From positions 914,913 to 978,912 of the forward strand of contig CAJINV010000019.1 in the NCBI GenBank assembly GCA_905178155.1: 64,000 nt of DNA, written 5' to 3'. A program made the position numbers and the translations under genes. The DNA is from Amoebophrya sp. A120. Its lineage: Eukaryota; Protista; Dinoflagellata. Each line of letters begins with the position of its first letter. Within the stretch, counting starts at the first letter, position 1. This document shows positions 23,901 through 34,508 of this stretch, in pieces. Under the pieces are notes generated by a model. It was given only the letters and a program-made list of their open reading frames with translations. It was not told where the DNA came from and did no database searches.

Positions 23901-25799
23901 TGACGATGCTGCTGTCTCGACTTTTGATGTTTCATCATGTTCAGCATCCTCTCCGCCCAATCTCCGTGCCTGATCCTGAATTTCCAGTTCCTGTAGCTTG
24001 ATTTGCTTATCTTCGTCCAGCAGCTCCCGCCATTTCGCGGCATACAGCCGTTCCAGCGTCTCCTCGTTCTCTTCACGCTCCTCGTGTTCGATCTGTTCCG
24101 CCAGCGTCTCGTCTATCAAATGCAAACATGTCTCGGTCTGGAAATTTGTGACGCTACAGTGCGCATGATGTTGAAAACGCTTCCTTATGCACGAAAGCAT
24201 AACAAGTTTGCAGCAGGAGACCGCTTTATTTCTCATACACATTCCGCATCAGAACCTGCGTTTTTGTTTGACAAAACAGGCTGCGACTTTTGTTAGTCAC
24301 GCAATACAGATTTCACACCAATGTAAGGCCAGCATTACAAGTTCCAACTTTCCAGACCCAGACATATTTGCCATGCATATCGTCGATCTGCTCCCGAATG
24401 TCGTCGACGGTAAAAATATCTCGCAATTCCCCGATCGTCTTGTCGCGGTGCACCAACTGGTTTTGGAGGCGTAGCTGCTCCTCCGCCATCCGCAAGTGAA
24501 AATTGTCTTCGGCGCCCGGGCTGATCTCTATCGTGTTTAAAAACGTCCCCACCCCATAGTTGTAATGCAAATCTGCATGCTGAAAATGTCTCTCATGCGG
24601 AGCCCCACGAGAAGCATTTTCTCGCCGTGTTGTGGAATTTGTCATGCTCATATCAGGATGATATACTAGGTCTGTGATGCTGCTGAGGTAGCTCAAACAG
24701 CACTACACTACGAGTCCAAATTTGTCATGCAGAACAGCCAAAACTTGTAGATTTGTCTTGCCGCTTCGCTTCCCCATCTTGACTATGGGGTGGGAACGTT
24801 TTTCCATAGGATAATCTCCTCTTCATCGTCATTGTCCCCGATATAATCATCCTGCCCTTCTGAAGGCTGTGGACTGCCGAAAAATACACCGGAATAAAGC
24901 TGTTCTTCTTGAAGAGCAGGCCCTGCTGGTGGATTTCTTTTGCCCGTACTCGATGACGATGACGCAGCGGCAGCGCCAGTACCAGTCAGTATCGTTTTCA
25001 TCCCGTTTGCACGAGCTCCACCGCTCGCCGCAGTTATTCCCATTTGCTCGACGCTGTCAAACCGATCCGCGTGCTGATTTTCGTCGTAATTATTCATGAT
25101 GTCCTCTAGCACAGGAGGTGTACCGCTTGTTCCACCTAGAAGTTCCCGGGCCTCCCGCCTCCGTCTGCGCTCCTCCTTTCGCGCCTTTCGCTTCCTTTTA
25201 TGCTCCTTTGTCCGCTCCGACAGCTCTTCTTCCTCGTTGTCTGCGCCGGCGTCGGAGGGGTTATTTTGAAAAGCTTCACGTTGTTGCATCGGGACCCCAC
25301 GACCTGTAGAATTGTCGTCCTCCCCGACGGAATCTATGATCATATCATCCTCGTTGCTGATCAGCGGCTGATCAGCCTGCAGCTGCTGTTCAACTCCTTG
25401 CAGCTGCTCCCCGCCACCTCCACTCGCGTCGATCAGGGTCGGATCGTCGCAAATCGCCTGCGTGGCGGCTTCGGTGCTTCCGAAGGCCTCGATCAAATTT
25501 GCAGCCATCTCGGCGCTAATATTGAACAGCGCGACGAGCTCCGAGGCGCCGGAGTGATGTGAAGCTTGTTCTTGGTTCTGGCTATTTTTGACAGAGGCGA
25601 ATGCGAATGCCCCTGAGGCGGCACCAGGAGAGCCGTCGTGATTGAGGAGGTTCATGTTCATCTCCTGGTCGTCCGCTTGTTCCATCTCTATGTCGGCCGG
25701 TCCCTCTGCTACAGTATCACCGGCCGCAGGCGGAGGCACGCCATCGGGATAAGCTTCCTGTTCCTGCGGCAACTCACCATGACCATCGAAGGGCTCCAT
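17926..25799 (-). CDS. Large (~1838 aa) protein with two GFA/CENP-V-type Zn-binding domains, coiled coils and a possible N-terminal UBA-like helical unit; 9 introners
   Basis: Removing nine introners joins ten exons in frame (5517 nt). Motifs: CECQC...HVCHCWFCRKHAG...LCKDC and GSCLCGKC...HCYCSMCRRMSG...RHVCTECGTHL...SHICV. Confidence 0.8.
18669..18848. mobile_element. Introner, DR CTTGT
   Basis: ~43-bp imperfect TIR; spliced junction reads LDK|LELL. Confidence 0.9.
19831..20138. mobile_element. Introner family F3, DR TGGCC
   Basis: TIR tatggaagcgtcag; homologous along its length to 4440-4750. Confidence 0.93.
21413..21636. mobile_element. Introner (F4-related), degenerate DR TCGAG/TTGTG
   Basis: Homologous to 29127-29338; removal restores frame. 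Confidence 0.85.
21714..21977. mobile_element. Introner family F1, DR GTTTC/GCTTC
   Basis: Perfect TIR tatcaaatgcaaaaatgtctgggtctgga; junction gives KLHVCHC. Confidence 0.92.
22601..22870. mobile_element. Introner family F1, DR CTCGT/CTCGC
   Basis: TIR tatgca.tgcaaatatgt; internal similarity to 58663-58928. Confidence 0.9.
22919..23193. mobile_element. Introner family F1, DR CGCGA
   Basis: F1 TIRs; junction PIA|TEEE in frame. Confidence 0.9.
23567..23806. mobile_element. Introner, DR GCAGC
   Basis: TIR tatgg..ttctca.ctgttaca; junction ELL|AVC in frame. Confidence 0.88.
24114..24379. mobile_element. Introner family F1, DR TCGTC
   Basis: F1 TIRs; junction IDE|TLA in frame. Confidence 0.9.
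24529..24813. mobile_element. Introner family F6, DR ATCTC
   Basis: TIR aaaaacgt.cccaccccatagt; junction EEEI|SPG in frame. Confidence 0.9.
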
Positions 25800-26649
25800 T
25801 TTATTCGTTGTTGTTACGTTGCAGGTATCTGAAAGAATCGTGGCTGAAAATCTTCCTCAAGTCGATTGTATTTCTGTAGACACAACGAAGAACTTCGTAG
25901 TTGTGGGGCCCGGCCACGAATCACTCTACTAGAACTGGACGGCACGTCGCCAGGAAGAATGTCGCTGATGTCGCTGGATATTTTTATAGAGGACGCGAGA
26001 TGAAATGAATGAAGCAATGCTGGGACGGCCTGGCAACAAGTATAAATTGTTTAGGTCTTGAGGTACTTAAATGGACATCAAACTGATGAAACAGCAAAAG
26101 AAGAACACGTAGGCGATTCGAATACATTTTTGTTGTGGTGCCTGCAAACCTTCAGTGGAGCCCGGTCCTCTATCGGTAGAAGTTGTCTACCAGGTTGCAC
26201 TTTCAAGAATCGATCTGAACACAATTTTATTTTTACTTCAACTGATGAAGTTCATTGTTGCAGTGAACACGAGAGAACACTTTGGTGCTTAAAGAAATTA
26301 TGCTGCTGGAACAAGCGATTCCAGATATCATCCATCCGGTGAAGATGAGGAGATGATGTTGTTGTTGAGCATCATCAGAAAAATGAAAGTCGCTGTCGTC
26401 GCTGTTGACGCTGACGTCGGTGCTGATAAAGGACCATCATCTTCATGTACTAAAACTGCTTGTGCTTTAGTGGAAGTCTTGTGCTCCTGCTCCAGCGATA
26501 GCAATACACTTTTCCACGCGAGGAATGATCAACCCAAGTGGCTAATACTGGCCAGTGCTCCTAGAGAGAAGAATTTACATTCATAATTCTCCGCTGCCTG
26601 CATCTCATAAGAACATCTTCATGTCGTGCCCTGAAATTTAAGTACTGTA

Positions 26650-29600
26650 TCAACCATCCGTCGCTGCCAAACTACCCTCACCGGCCGCGCTTCCTGTGAT
26701 AGTCGTCGTCGTCGTATGCGCTCGCAAGAACGCCACCAATTTCTCGCGCATCTCGGGTCCGTCCCAGGTTCCCAGGTTTTGCGCGCGGAACGTTTCCCAG
26801 TCGATGTTCCTCCACCGCATCCGGTCGTCTTGGTCGGTCACTTCAAAATGCAGCTTCCGGGCGGTCTCGGCGGAGGCCTTCCGCTTGGCGTCGGCCCGGT
26901 GGTACATGTCTTTCTCGAACTTTCGCAGCAGCTTGGGCAAAAGGTGGTGCTTCTTCGGAGGCGGGGATGGGGGAACGAAAGTTCTTCTATCAGTCTCATC
27001 TAAAAGAACTGCGTGGCTCCCATTCATCTTCGCAGGAAGGCCGCCGCGTGGCGGAAAATGGACCGTGCTGTTCTGCTGGAGGAGGTCGTGCCCAGAATGC
27101 TCATCTGGCACGACTTTATCATCTTCCGTGTGAACAAGAAGAGGAGCAGGCTGAAGTTTCTGTTGCGCACTCGCACTACTACTCGAAGATGTTCTTGTGT
27201 GAGATGAATTATTTTTGTAGGAGTTTGTCCTGGACAGCAGTTGGATTTCTCGCTCTAATTCGCTCTTCGGAGTTGTCCTCCCGTTGGTCGTCGGGGCGCG
27301 ACTTAGGGGGGTGGGGTTGCGGACCTGCTGCTGTCCTTTCCAAGACTCGGTCCGTGCTGTTAGGGTACTCGTGCTGCGAGAAATCGTCACTGCGTCATCG
27401 TTCAGCTTCAGCGCTCCGGTCGCGGCTTGTTCGGGTTTTAATGTACTATCACTATCAGGGGTTGGAGACGTAGTGTATGCTATGCTCGAAGACGCTTGCA
27501 ATGAGGCAGAGTTGTCGAACGTCGCAGCATGAAAATTTAGAGGCGGGAACGGAGGTCCAACTACACACGGAGTTTCACGTAGTTCTGCTGTAATTTGTTG
27601 ACCGGAAAGGGTCGGGGGTCGCGGTGCATTCCTGTCTGAAGACAACAGGTTGTCTACTCCTGCGTTACTGAGGCTAGTGGAGTTTTCTGTTTCTGGTCGT
27701 GTAGTGCCAGAATCAGCATTGCCGCTGTTTATAATGATGTTGATTCCGTTTTTTACCGAAGAACGACCAGCATCACCAGCAGCACTAGAAGTTCTAGTTG
27801 TTACGCCACCAGTCACGTCCCCCTGTGGGTCTACCTCTTTCAACAGTCCCTTCCGCAGCCTTCTTTCCCGGCCTCGTTTCCCCAGATAGACGCCAGGCTG
27901 TACGTTTTTCATGCCCTTGCTCGAAATTTGGTTTTTGAAGACCTTCGGGGTAACCAAGCTGGCCCAAATCGCGTCGCCCAGCTCCACGGCGTCCAGCAGA
28001 GCTTGGTTGGCGCCTTGGCCCTTAAAGGGCGACATCGGGTGCGCGGCGTCGCCGATCAGGGTGACGGGAAGGGTGGAGGGAACTTGTTGTAGTCGTTCTA
28101 CTTCTACCACATCGCCATCACTACTACCACCTGCTCTACCAGTGACAGGAGCGTCACAATTTTGATTTTCCTCCTGCCCGTCGTTCTGTGCGAAGTAGTT
28201 CTTGAAAAACCACGGTTTCGACTCGAAAAACGGGTAACTTTCGCCCTTGTCGTACACTGGAGTGTAAGAGATCCGAGCGCTTTCCGTATTCCGCAAAATC
28301 TCCGGGATGGGTGCGTGCCAGTTTCCGCATTTTTCCGTGATAATCTCGCGGATTTTTTGTTCCCGGGTGTGTTTATCGTATTTCTTTTGGTCCGGATTTG
28401 TAACCGACACCGCTAAGAACAAGTCGTGAATGACTGCCTCGGGCATCTTGATGGACAACTGCCAGAAAATCTCCGACTCCGTGAACGGCATGAGAAACAC
28501 CCGCGTACCAAACTGGTCCGAGGTCTGAAACGTCGTTTTTCGGTACAGAAAATGGTCTTTGTTCGGGGCCATGCCGAGAACGACCAGGACGCCCAGGTAC
28601 TGGAGAGGATCGGGATTCTTGAGTTCTTGTTGTTCATTGAGATTTTTCATGTTTCCGGACAAAGCCAAAGGGGTGCTCCTGCTTGGTGATGTTCTTGTTG
28701 TGAGATCTTCTTTACTCGCGGTCCTCACGGGTGCAGTAGCTCTTTCATCAGGAGTAGTTGGAGGTCTACTTAACACTCGACAAGACGGCGAAGTTCTGTC
28801 CGTCAAGAGTTGCTTCCTCACTCTGGAATAGATCCCGTCGGCACCGACAAGGACGCGGCAACGAACTTCCACTTCTTCCTCGGCATAATCCTCAATTCCT
28901 GCATTTCTTCCTCCCGCAGACTGATTCAAGCTGGCAACATCCCGCTGGGAGTGCTGCCTCCCTGTCGCGGCCGGGCGAGAAAAGAAGGCTGTCACGGGAT
29001 AATCTTCATGTTGTACATGGCTGCTCTCCTCCTGCAGCTCCGAAGTAGCAACCCGCATAGTACGACCAGCATCTGCGACCACCGCGGTGGCGGCGGTTCT
29101 GTCTGCACTAAAAATCTCTACTCGATTATCGCACGAAAAAAGTGCTACAGTTACACATTGTGTTGCAGGCCAAGCAAGACAGACAAGCTCTGTCATGCCG
29201 GATATGCATACAGGAGCCTCGTTTCATAGGTGTTTTCCCGTAGGATTTCTGCATTACAAGTTTTCTCCCTCATGCAGAGAAATTTGTGTTGGTGAATTCA
29301 CTACAAGTGTGCAACTGTAACACTTTTTTCGCGGGATATCGATGCTCAAACTTCTGAAAACTCCACCCCCACTGAAAAACGTCCTCGCCCAAGCCACCAC
29401 AAAGCAGTTCCCGAAGCCGTTGTCGCGGCAGATGCAGGTTGTGTCGTTTTGGTTGCGGCACTGCTGTTGAAACTGCAACTCCTGAAGCTACCGCATCAGC
29501 AGTCTTTTCGGAGGACATCGAGCTGGAACTACTGGTAGCGCTGCCTCCTTCCTGTGCTCCGGCCGCCGTCGCGGCCGTCCTCCCTGCCAGAACTACTTCC

Positions 29601-31164
29601 GCTGTTTTTGACGGCATCCCGACATCCCCGGCCCCGTGGTTCACCCCGAAGCCAAACGCCGATCGCAGCGCGCCACTAGGTTCGAAGACGTAGTGCACTT
29701 CATTCGGAGTGTCCTCTTCGTATACTTTCTCCGCCAAGTGTAGCTTCTGCAACGCCTTGGAGCCCTGTTGCATGGTGAGTCCATAGCCCTGCTTCCGGTG
29801 GTGGAAAGAAGGGTCTTTTTCGAAAAGCAAGACGGAGACTTTATTTTTGTGCGGCCCCGCTTGTAGTTGTTTCCCTGAAGAACTTGCACTTCCGTTAGTT
29901 GTTTCCTCGCGGGCGATAGCATCAGCATCCTGAAGATCCCTTTCGTGTTCGTTCAGCAGCTTGAGGTACCTAGCGAGGCCGCAACCGCCGATGCCCCCGC
30001 CCGCGATGCACACGTCCGTGTAAAGAATGCGCCTGTTCTTGTCTTTCACTGTCGTCTCGGTCGAAGTCGTTCTCGCTAGTGTCAAGTAGGTCAGTTCTAC
30101 CACAACCGCTAGGGTCTTTAAATGCGTTCAGGATTTTAAATATTTTTTTTCATACATGGGATCCGCCCAAAGCGCCGCGCCTCCGACCGGGGTCGCCACG
30201 TTGGCCGCACAGCCCGCCGCCATGATCTGAGCCAGGGTCTTGCCGCTTTTCAAATTGAACACCGAGAACGCCGCATTTTTTTCGAAAATGCGACTGCACT
30301 CTTAGCCTGGGGCCCCTACCTTGTGGCTCGAACACCTGGACCACCAGCGGCCAGGCCCCGAGACTTCCGGCCGCCGCGGGAGCGGCGGCCGCGCGCCCAC
30401 GACCGCTCGCGCCGCTCGGAATTCCGGCCTGGCGCCGCCCGCGCCGCTCGGGGCGCTTCCGGCCGCTCGGGCCCTTGCCGGCGCTCCGGGCCGCTGCCGG
30501 GAGCGGGACGGGCTCGAGCGGCGCAGCGAGCGGCCCGGGCGGCTGCGCCGCTCGGACCGCCCGGGCCGCTCGCGCCTCTTCGCTGCGTTCGCGGCGCCCC
30601 GGTGCGCTCGGTGGAGCGGAAGGCTTCCAGGGGCACGGGCGGCACCGCCCTGCGCCCCGGCGCGGGGGCGGCCGAGCGGCCCGGACGGCTGCGCGACGGC
30701 TTCGCGCGCGCGACAGTTTTTTTTTTTTTGCTGCTACACATTAATTTGAAAAAACGAGCGCGATTTTCTTCGATCTCGCTCTCCTGCCATTTTGCGAATC
30801 CGAAAAAACGAACCGACGAGCGCGCGCGCCCCACCATCTTTGTCCCCCATGTGAGCCAGACTAGAATAATCTTGCGTCACTGGAATGTGGTTAGCCATGC
30901 AAAACCAAATGTAAGTTTTCATTTTGTGAACGCATTTAAAGCGCCGAGCGGTTGTGGTAAACTGACCTACATAACTAGTGGCCCTGGGACTGACTCATCT
31001 GTCGTCTTTACGGTGGTGGCACACGGCATAAGTGTTGTGTCCAGTGCTGCACCCGGGCCATCAAACCCAGCAGCAGCTGCGCTTTTGTCGCCTGCTCCGA
31101 GCGCCACCTGTTTTAACTTCACGGCGGCGGGAGAGTGGTGCTGCGCCGATGCGGTTTTTGCCAT
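26650..31164 (-). CDS. FAD-dependent monooxygenase (aromatic-ring hydroxylase/UbiH-like fold), ~1130 aa with long low-complexity inserts
   Basis: Motifs IAGGGIGG, LFEKD, LVGADGIYSRVR and LIGDAAHPMSPFKGQGANQALLDA. Interrupted by 29127-29338 and 30082-30974. The start could alternatively be 31218. Confidence 0.85.
29127..29338. mobile_element. Introner (F4-related), DR TCGAT
   Basis: TIR tatc.c.cgaaaaaagtg.tacagtt; junction FEHR|VEIF in frame. Confidence 0.92.
30082..30974. mobile_element. 893-bp non-autonomous TIR element with a very GC-rich core, inside the monooxygenase coding region
   Basis: ~48-bp TIRs at 30082-30130 and 30927-30974; flanked by ctagtg on both sides; precise removal gives in-frame VPGPL|ARTTS. 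Confidence 0.82.
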
Positions 31165-32022
31165 GGTGGTACTAAGATGCTTAGAAGTGTTGACTAAAAA
31201 TATGCGTCTACAACTCATTCATCATCTCGAATTTGAAGTGGGCACCGAGATCAGATCTGCGACATGTCACGATGATAGAATGCATGAGCCGCATACTCTA
31301 GTATGCAAAGCGATGGGATAAGAGGACGCGATTGGCTGCAACGCCGAACAACACGCAGGGGGTCGTGTGGAGGTGGGAGCAACTACGATATCTTCGTTGC
31401 GAGTCAGTACTAATATCTGGGCTCTGTACATTGATTCGATTCTAGTATAAGTTCGAATACCGCTTTCTAATTGATGAGAACGAGAAGGGAGCAGAAGCTT
31501 AAGCTTTAATCATTGTCATAATCGGTCTACGTGATTGGAAGTGCTGATCCTCATCTGTCTTTTTGGTTGTCTGAACGTCCAACAACTCATCTGTTTGATT
31601 CGACTTTCACGGATCCGAACAATTGATCTATTCACCACATCGGCAAGATCTTCGTTTGTATCCGAGAAAACAGTGCGTTTGTTGAGCTCGTTTTGCGTCA
31701 TCCTCGAGCAGTCGTTGTTTTCGATAGACCGACAACTAGAACTTGGACTCCCTTTATTTTGATCGGTTGACCTTGATTTTCATCGTCCCGCCTTATAAGA
31801 ACGCTTGTCCATTTTCCTTCGAATCAATTCGCTTATTTGGACTTACTCAAGAACTCTGGGACACAAGACGCTCTCCTCGGACGTGTCGTCACTTGCAATC
31901 GGAATCGTCTCCCCGGTGGTCCTCCGGGCTGATAAAACAACTGGTTGTTGAAATACAACTACATGATTTCCAAATGCCGTGAAAAGGTCGAAGAGCTGCA
32001 GCTTGTTCTTTCTGCTCTCCTT

Positions 32023-32862
32023 CTACATGCGAAATATCGTTCTCATCAAAATTCCGGGTCCGCAGCGTTGCAACAATTTTGCGTGCCACTCGAAAACAAC
32101 GTAATTCATTTTCAGGGGGAGCTTCATCTCCCATGCCCTATACGCTGCTTTCATCAGCGCATCGTAATACTGTGTCGCTGAGTAACTACAAGAAACCTGC
32201 GCTCCTGCAGTAGAAAATGCCGTCGCGCTATTAAGCGCATTTCCAGTTGGTCTGCCTGACACTGCTCGCGTAGTTCTGCTGTGCGCGCGGGCAATCTGAT
32301 CGAGTACCTGATCGATCGCCGGCCCTGTCGCGGAGAGCATGCAGGGAACTAGGAGGTCCAAGTCGGCCTCGGCTGGGCTTCTAGGAACTATATGCGATCC
32401 TGCATCATTTTGATGATGTCCCCCCGCTCCACTCGCGGTTTTTTCTCCCTCACTGCCACTTTTAGGCGCCGGTTTCGAAAACACGTACATCAGCGCGTCG
32501 TAGACCTTGCCCTGTTCTGTCAAAGACAAGATCACCGGGTCGTCAGCAAGGGCTGGGAAAGGAAATTTGTCGCGCTCGGGAGCAGCAGCAGCAGTAGTTC
32601 CGGAGGAAAGTTGGTTCTTATCTCCTTGTTCCTCTATCTCCATGGCGGTGTCGTTGTTTTGTGCAGGGTCTGGCTGCTTCATCTGCGTTGAACCTGCATA
32701 ATGATTCCTAGGCTGCTGGTCCAGCAGCACACGGTTGGTCCTAGCACGCGGGTCTGATTGGAAAAGACCATGAAGATTCTGCTGTGCGCCGTCGGCAGCG
32801 GCGGGCTGCTGATGACGCGAAGATGAAGAAATACTCGAAGAGGAGGGAAACATGATTCGCAT
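32023..32862 (-). CDS. Hypothetical protein (279 aa ORF)
   Basis: Open frame on the same strand as its neighbours with similar amino-acid style; no motif recognised; further exons not excluded. Confidence 0.5.
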   Translation of the reverse strand: MRIMFPSSSSISSSSRHQQPAAADGAQQNLHGLFQSDPRARTNRVLLDQQPRNHYAGSTQMKQPDPAQNNDTAMEIEEQGDKNQLSSGTTAAAAPERDKFPFPALADDPVILSLTEQGKVYDALMYVFSKPAPKSGSEGEKTASGAGGHHQNDAGSHIVPRSPAEADLDLLVPCMLSATGPAIDQVLDQIARAHSRTTRAVSGRPTGNALNSATAFSTAGAQVSCSYSATQYYDALMKAAYRAWEMKLPLKMNYVVFEWHAKLLQRCGPGILMRTIFRM

Positions 32863-34508
32863 ATAAAGGTTTTCTTCAGAGTCAGTTTCTTTGGGTAAAG
32901 CAAGTAGATCAGTTAGGTCCTAGTTGGTGCAGGTGCTGATCTTGTTGTACATGATGTGGTAAACTTATGTACGCGACCTTGAACTCTGACGCAGTGTCGA
33001 GAACAAGCAAATCCTTCTCGTCTAGGATGATCTTCTCTAATGCAATCTTGACATGAGCTCCACACCAACGCAAAATGCAACTACCACAGCTCTCATATTT
33101 TTGTTTTTCATATAGCCATACATCTTCTAGGTCAGTTTTCGCTGTGCAAAAGAAAAAACGACTTTTGTTTTCGGAGAGTCAGTCACATCAAGAAGCCTTC
33201 TACCTTCGTCAGGATTCGACATTTCTTGATCGCGGATGCGACAAATCACTGTAAAAACTTGACTAAGTACGAAACGTGCTGCGTAACGAGTTTATTCTTC
33301 AGCACCAGCGCCTCTTCAACACATGGAACAGCTCCTTTCTTGTCCGCGAAACGGGAAAGAGGAGCGGCTTCCTTCGGGCGTATCTTCTGCCAGCAGCCAG
33401 GTACAAACATACAGTAGCTACTTGCCTCGTCGATATGATTGGCGTATAATTTTGCAGCTTTTGCTTTTTTTGATCTTTTTGTTCCTCGAATAGAGGTGGG
33501 CCTGTCATTTCACAGCAAGCGTTGCAGTGCAATTGCGTATGGTGCGTTCTTGCAATAACCATAAAATTCACTGTGCTTTGAAAGTTCATTCTGCGTGAGC
33601 GTCATGCCCTACTGCTTCCGTTTTGCAAAACAGAAACAGATTCACGAGGAGCAGTAGTAAAAGTGGTAGTAAAAATGCAACTAGAAGTACAACTGCCACC
33701 TTCTTAGTAGTCCTAGCACATGATAGAAGCAAAGGAAGTAAGACAAGTGCTGATTTCCCCGCGTACTTCTATTTTCCAGTGCATACAACTAGGTGAGCAG
33801 AGTACCAGCACAGAGAGCCGAAGAAAGAAGCTGCCCGATGTTCATTTTGTTATTTCAAAAAAACACACACGGATGAGCGCGTGAGCAACGCGATCGATAA
33901 AGATTTCAAAGAATAAAGTAGAAATCCAAAACAACGACTAAACTGCTTGAGTAGCAACTACTACTGCAAAAAAAAAGTTCCACACTGATAGATTTGATAA
34001 ATAGAACTGCGTGCCACACTGTCAAGAAAGAAGGCAGTCAAGACCGTGCGCCTTCCCGACCGGTATTTCACCAAATAGGACGAGATTCAGCAGAAGAACC
34101 GTCCTCCTCCTCTTGTCACGTTTCATCCTTTCGTTGTCAATTTAAACGTAGGTTATCACCGATGCAGCATCAATAGTGTAAGTACCAAACTGCTTCATGC
34201 AGCTCATAGGATGGTCAAGTTCTGCGAGTATGTTCATGTTGTTTGTTTGCGAAAAAAACCGTGAAGTAATGCGCTCATCAAGAAGTAGGGATGCATCGAA
34301 TATATGAATTGACTCTTATTGTAACGCTAACACGCGGCTGGATTTATTATCATCGTCACCTGCCCGCCGGCACCGGCGCCAGTAGTTCCTCATAGGGGAG
34401 CCATAATCGAAGGTCGAAGACGACCTGGCGCACGTGAAAGGGAACAAGTTGCACTACAACGTGATCCCGACGGCCGCCCGCCAAAGGAGTTTAGGCCTCA
34501 AAATCCTT

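Noticed and set aside
30316-31321. Arg/Ala/Pro/Gly-rich ORFs in GC islands (also 2663-3476, 11305-12102, 63207-63978)
   Set aside because: Stop-codon scarcity from extreme GC content; frames are not conserved between the duplicated islands; no transposase or other motif seen.
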